Source: an uncultured virus (IMG/VR IMGVR_UViG_3300046455_000579) (taxonomy: Duplodnaviria > Heunggongvirae > Uroviricota > Caudoviricetes). From it: a stretch of 64,000 nucleotides of DNA. The stretch lies in the IMG/VR virus record IMGVR_UViG_3300046455_000579. The stretch is one strand, 5' to 3'. The notes under the pieces are model-generated. The model saw nothing but the letters and a program-made list of their open reading frames with translations, was not told the origin of the DNA and did not search any database. This document shows, piece after piece, positions 63,752 to 64,000 of the stretch (the first letter of the stretch is position 1; each line of letters starts with the position of its first letter). Made by a program: the position numbers and the translations under genes.

Positions 63752-64000
63752 GTGGACACCGAGCAGCAGCCCGCACAGCCCGGGGAACTCTGCACCTGCG
63801 GCCGGCAAGCCGTCACCGTCTACAGCACCGAGCAGTACGGCGACGTCGGGCACTGCGGCATCGACGGCGCCGCCTCCCGGCCCGTCCTGCCCTGCCCATG
63901 GTGCGGCACCAGCGAACCCCACAAGCAGCCGTGGGGCGACCCGACGAAGTGCCCCGACTACCGGCTCCGTGTTGATCGAAGCGAAGAGGATTCGCCAGTG
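63752..64000 (+). CDS. Cys-rich hypothetical protein, runs off the window end
   Basis: LCTCGRQA…HCG…PCPWCG…KCPDY; open to the window end. Confidence 0.55.
   Translation, partial: MDTEQQPAQPGELCTCGRQAVTVYSTEQYGDVGHCGIDGAASRPVLPCPWCGTSEPHKQPWGDPTKCPDYRLRVDRSEEDSPV

Larger units (their letters stand above)
1..64000. mobile_element. Streptomyces-type plasmid-phage (siphovirus + TraB conjugation + iteron replicon); ends not visible
   Basis: Virion, transfer and replication modules are contiguous; no host housekeeping genes seen. Confidence 0.8.

Noticed and set aside
1..64000. tRNA/rRNA genes and attL/attR boundaries
   Set aside because: No cloverleaf or rRNA signature and no host-element junction recognised; a weak tRNA could be missed without tRNAscan

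Overview
High-GC, Streptomyces-like DNA that appears to be a large part of a plasmid-phage. A complete siphovirus morphogenesis and lysis module lies on the minus strand (about 11.6-41.4 kb: terminases, portal, scaffold, capsid, head-tail proteins, tail tube, frameshifting tail chaperone, tape measure, tail tip, fibres, lysis). It sits next to an actinomycete conjugation module (TraB-like FtsK translocase plus probable Tra/Spd membrane proteins, 46-55.3 kb) and an HTH replication initiator with internal iterons (57.9-58.9 kb). The left arm carries a WhiB-LuxR fusion, a truncated C5 methyltransferase, a Rad52/Sak annealase, a tandem-RHH regulator opposite a stand-alone WYL gene, two tyrosine-recombinase homologues (one apparently inactive) and a PIN nuclease. 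The most notable observations: (1) a ParB + ABC-ATPase/GNAT operon converging on an ASCH gene just upstream of the terminase, a candidate DNA-acylation writer/eraser pair; (2) several repeated cis-motifs read directly from the sequence, namely a 4-copy late-promoter/hairpin element, a 3-copy 19-bp operator, 5 PafBC-type promoters and a covarying leader hairpin; (3) a papain-like protease translationally coupled to an endolysin with an extra N-terminal domain. All protein calls come from motif recognition by eye; no searches were run.
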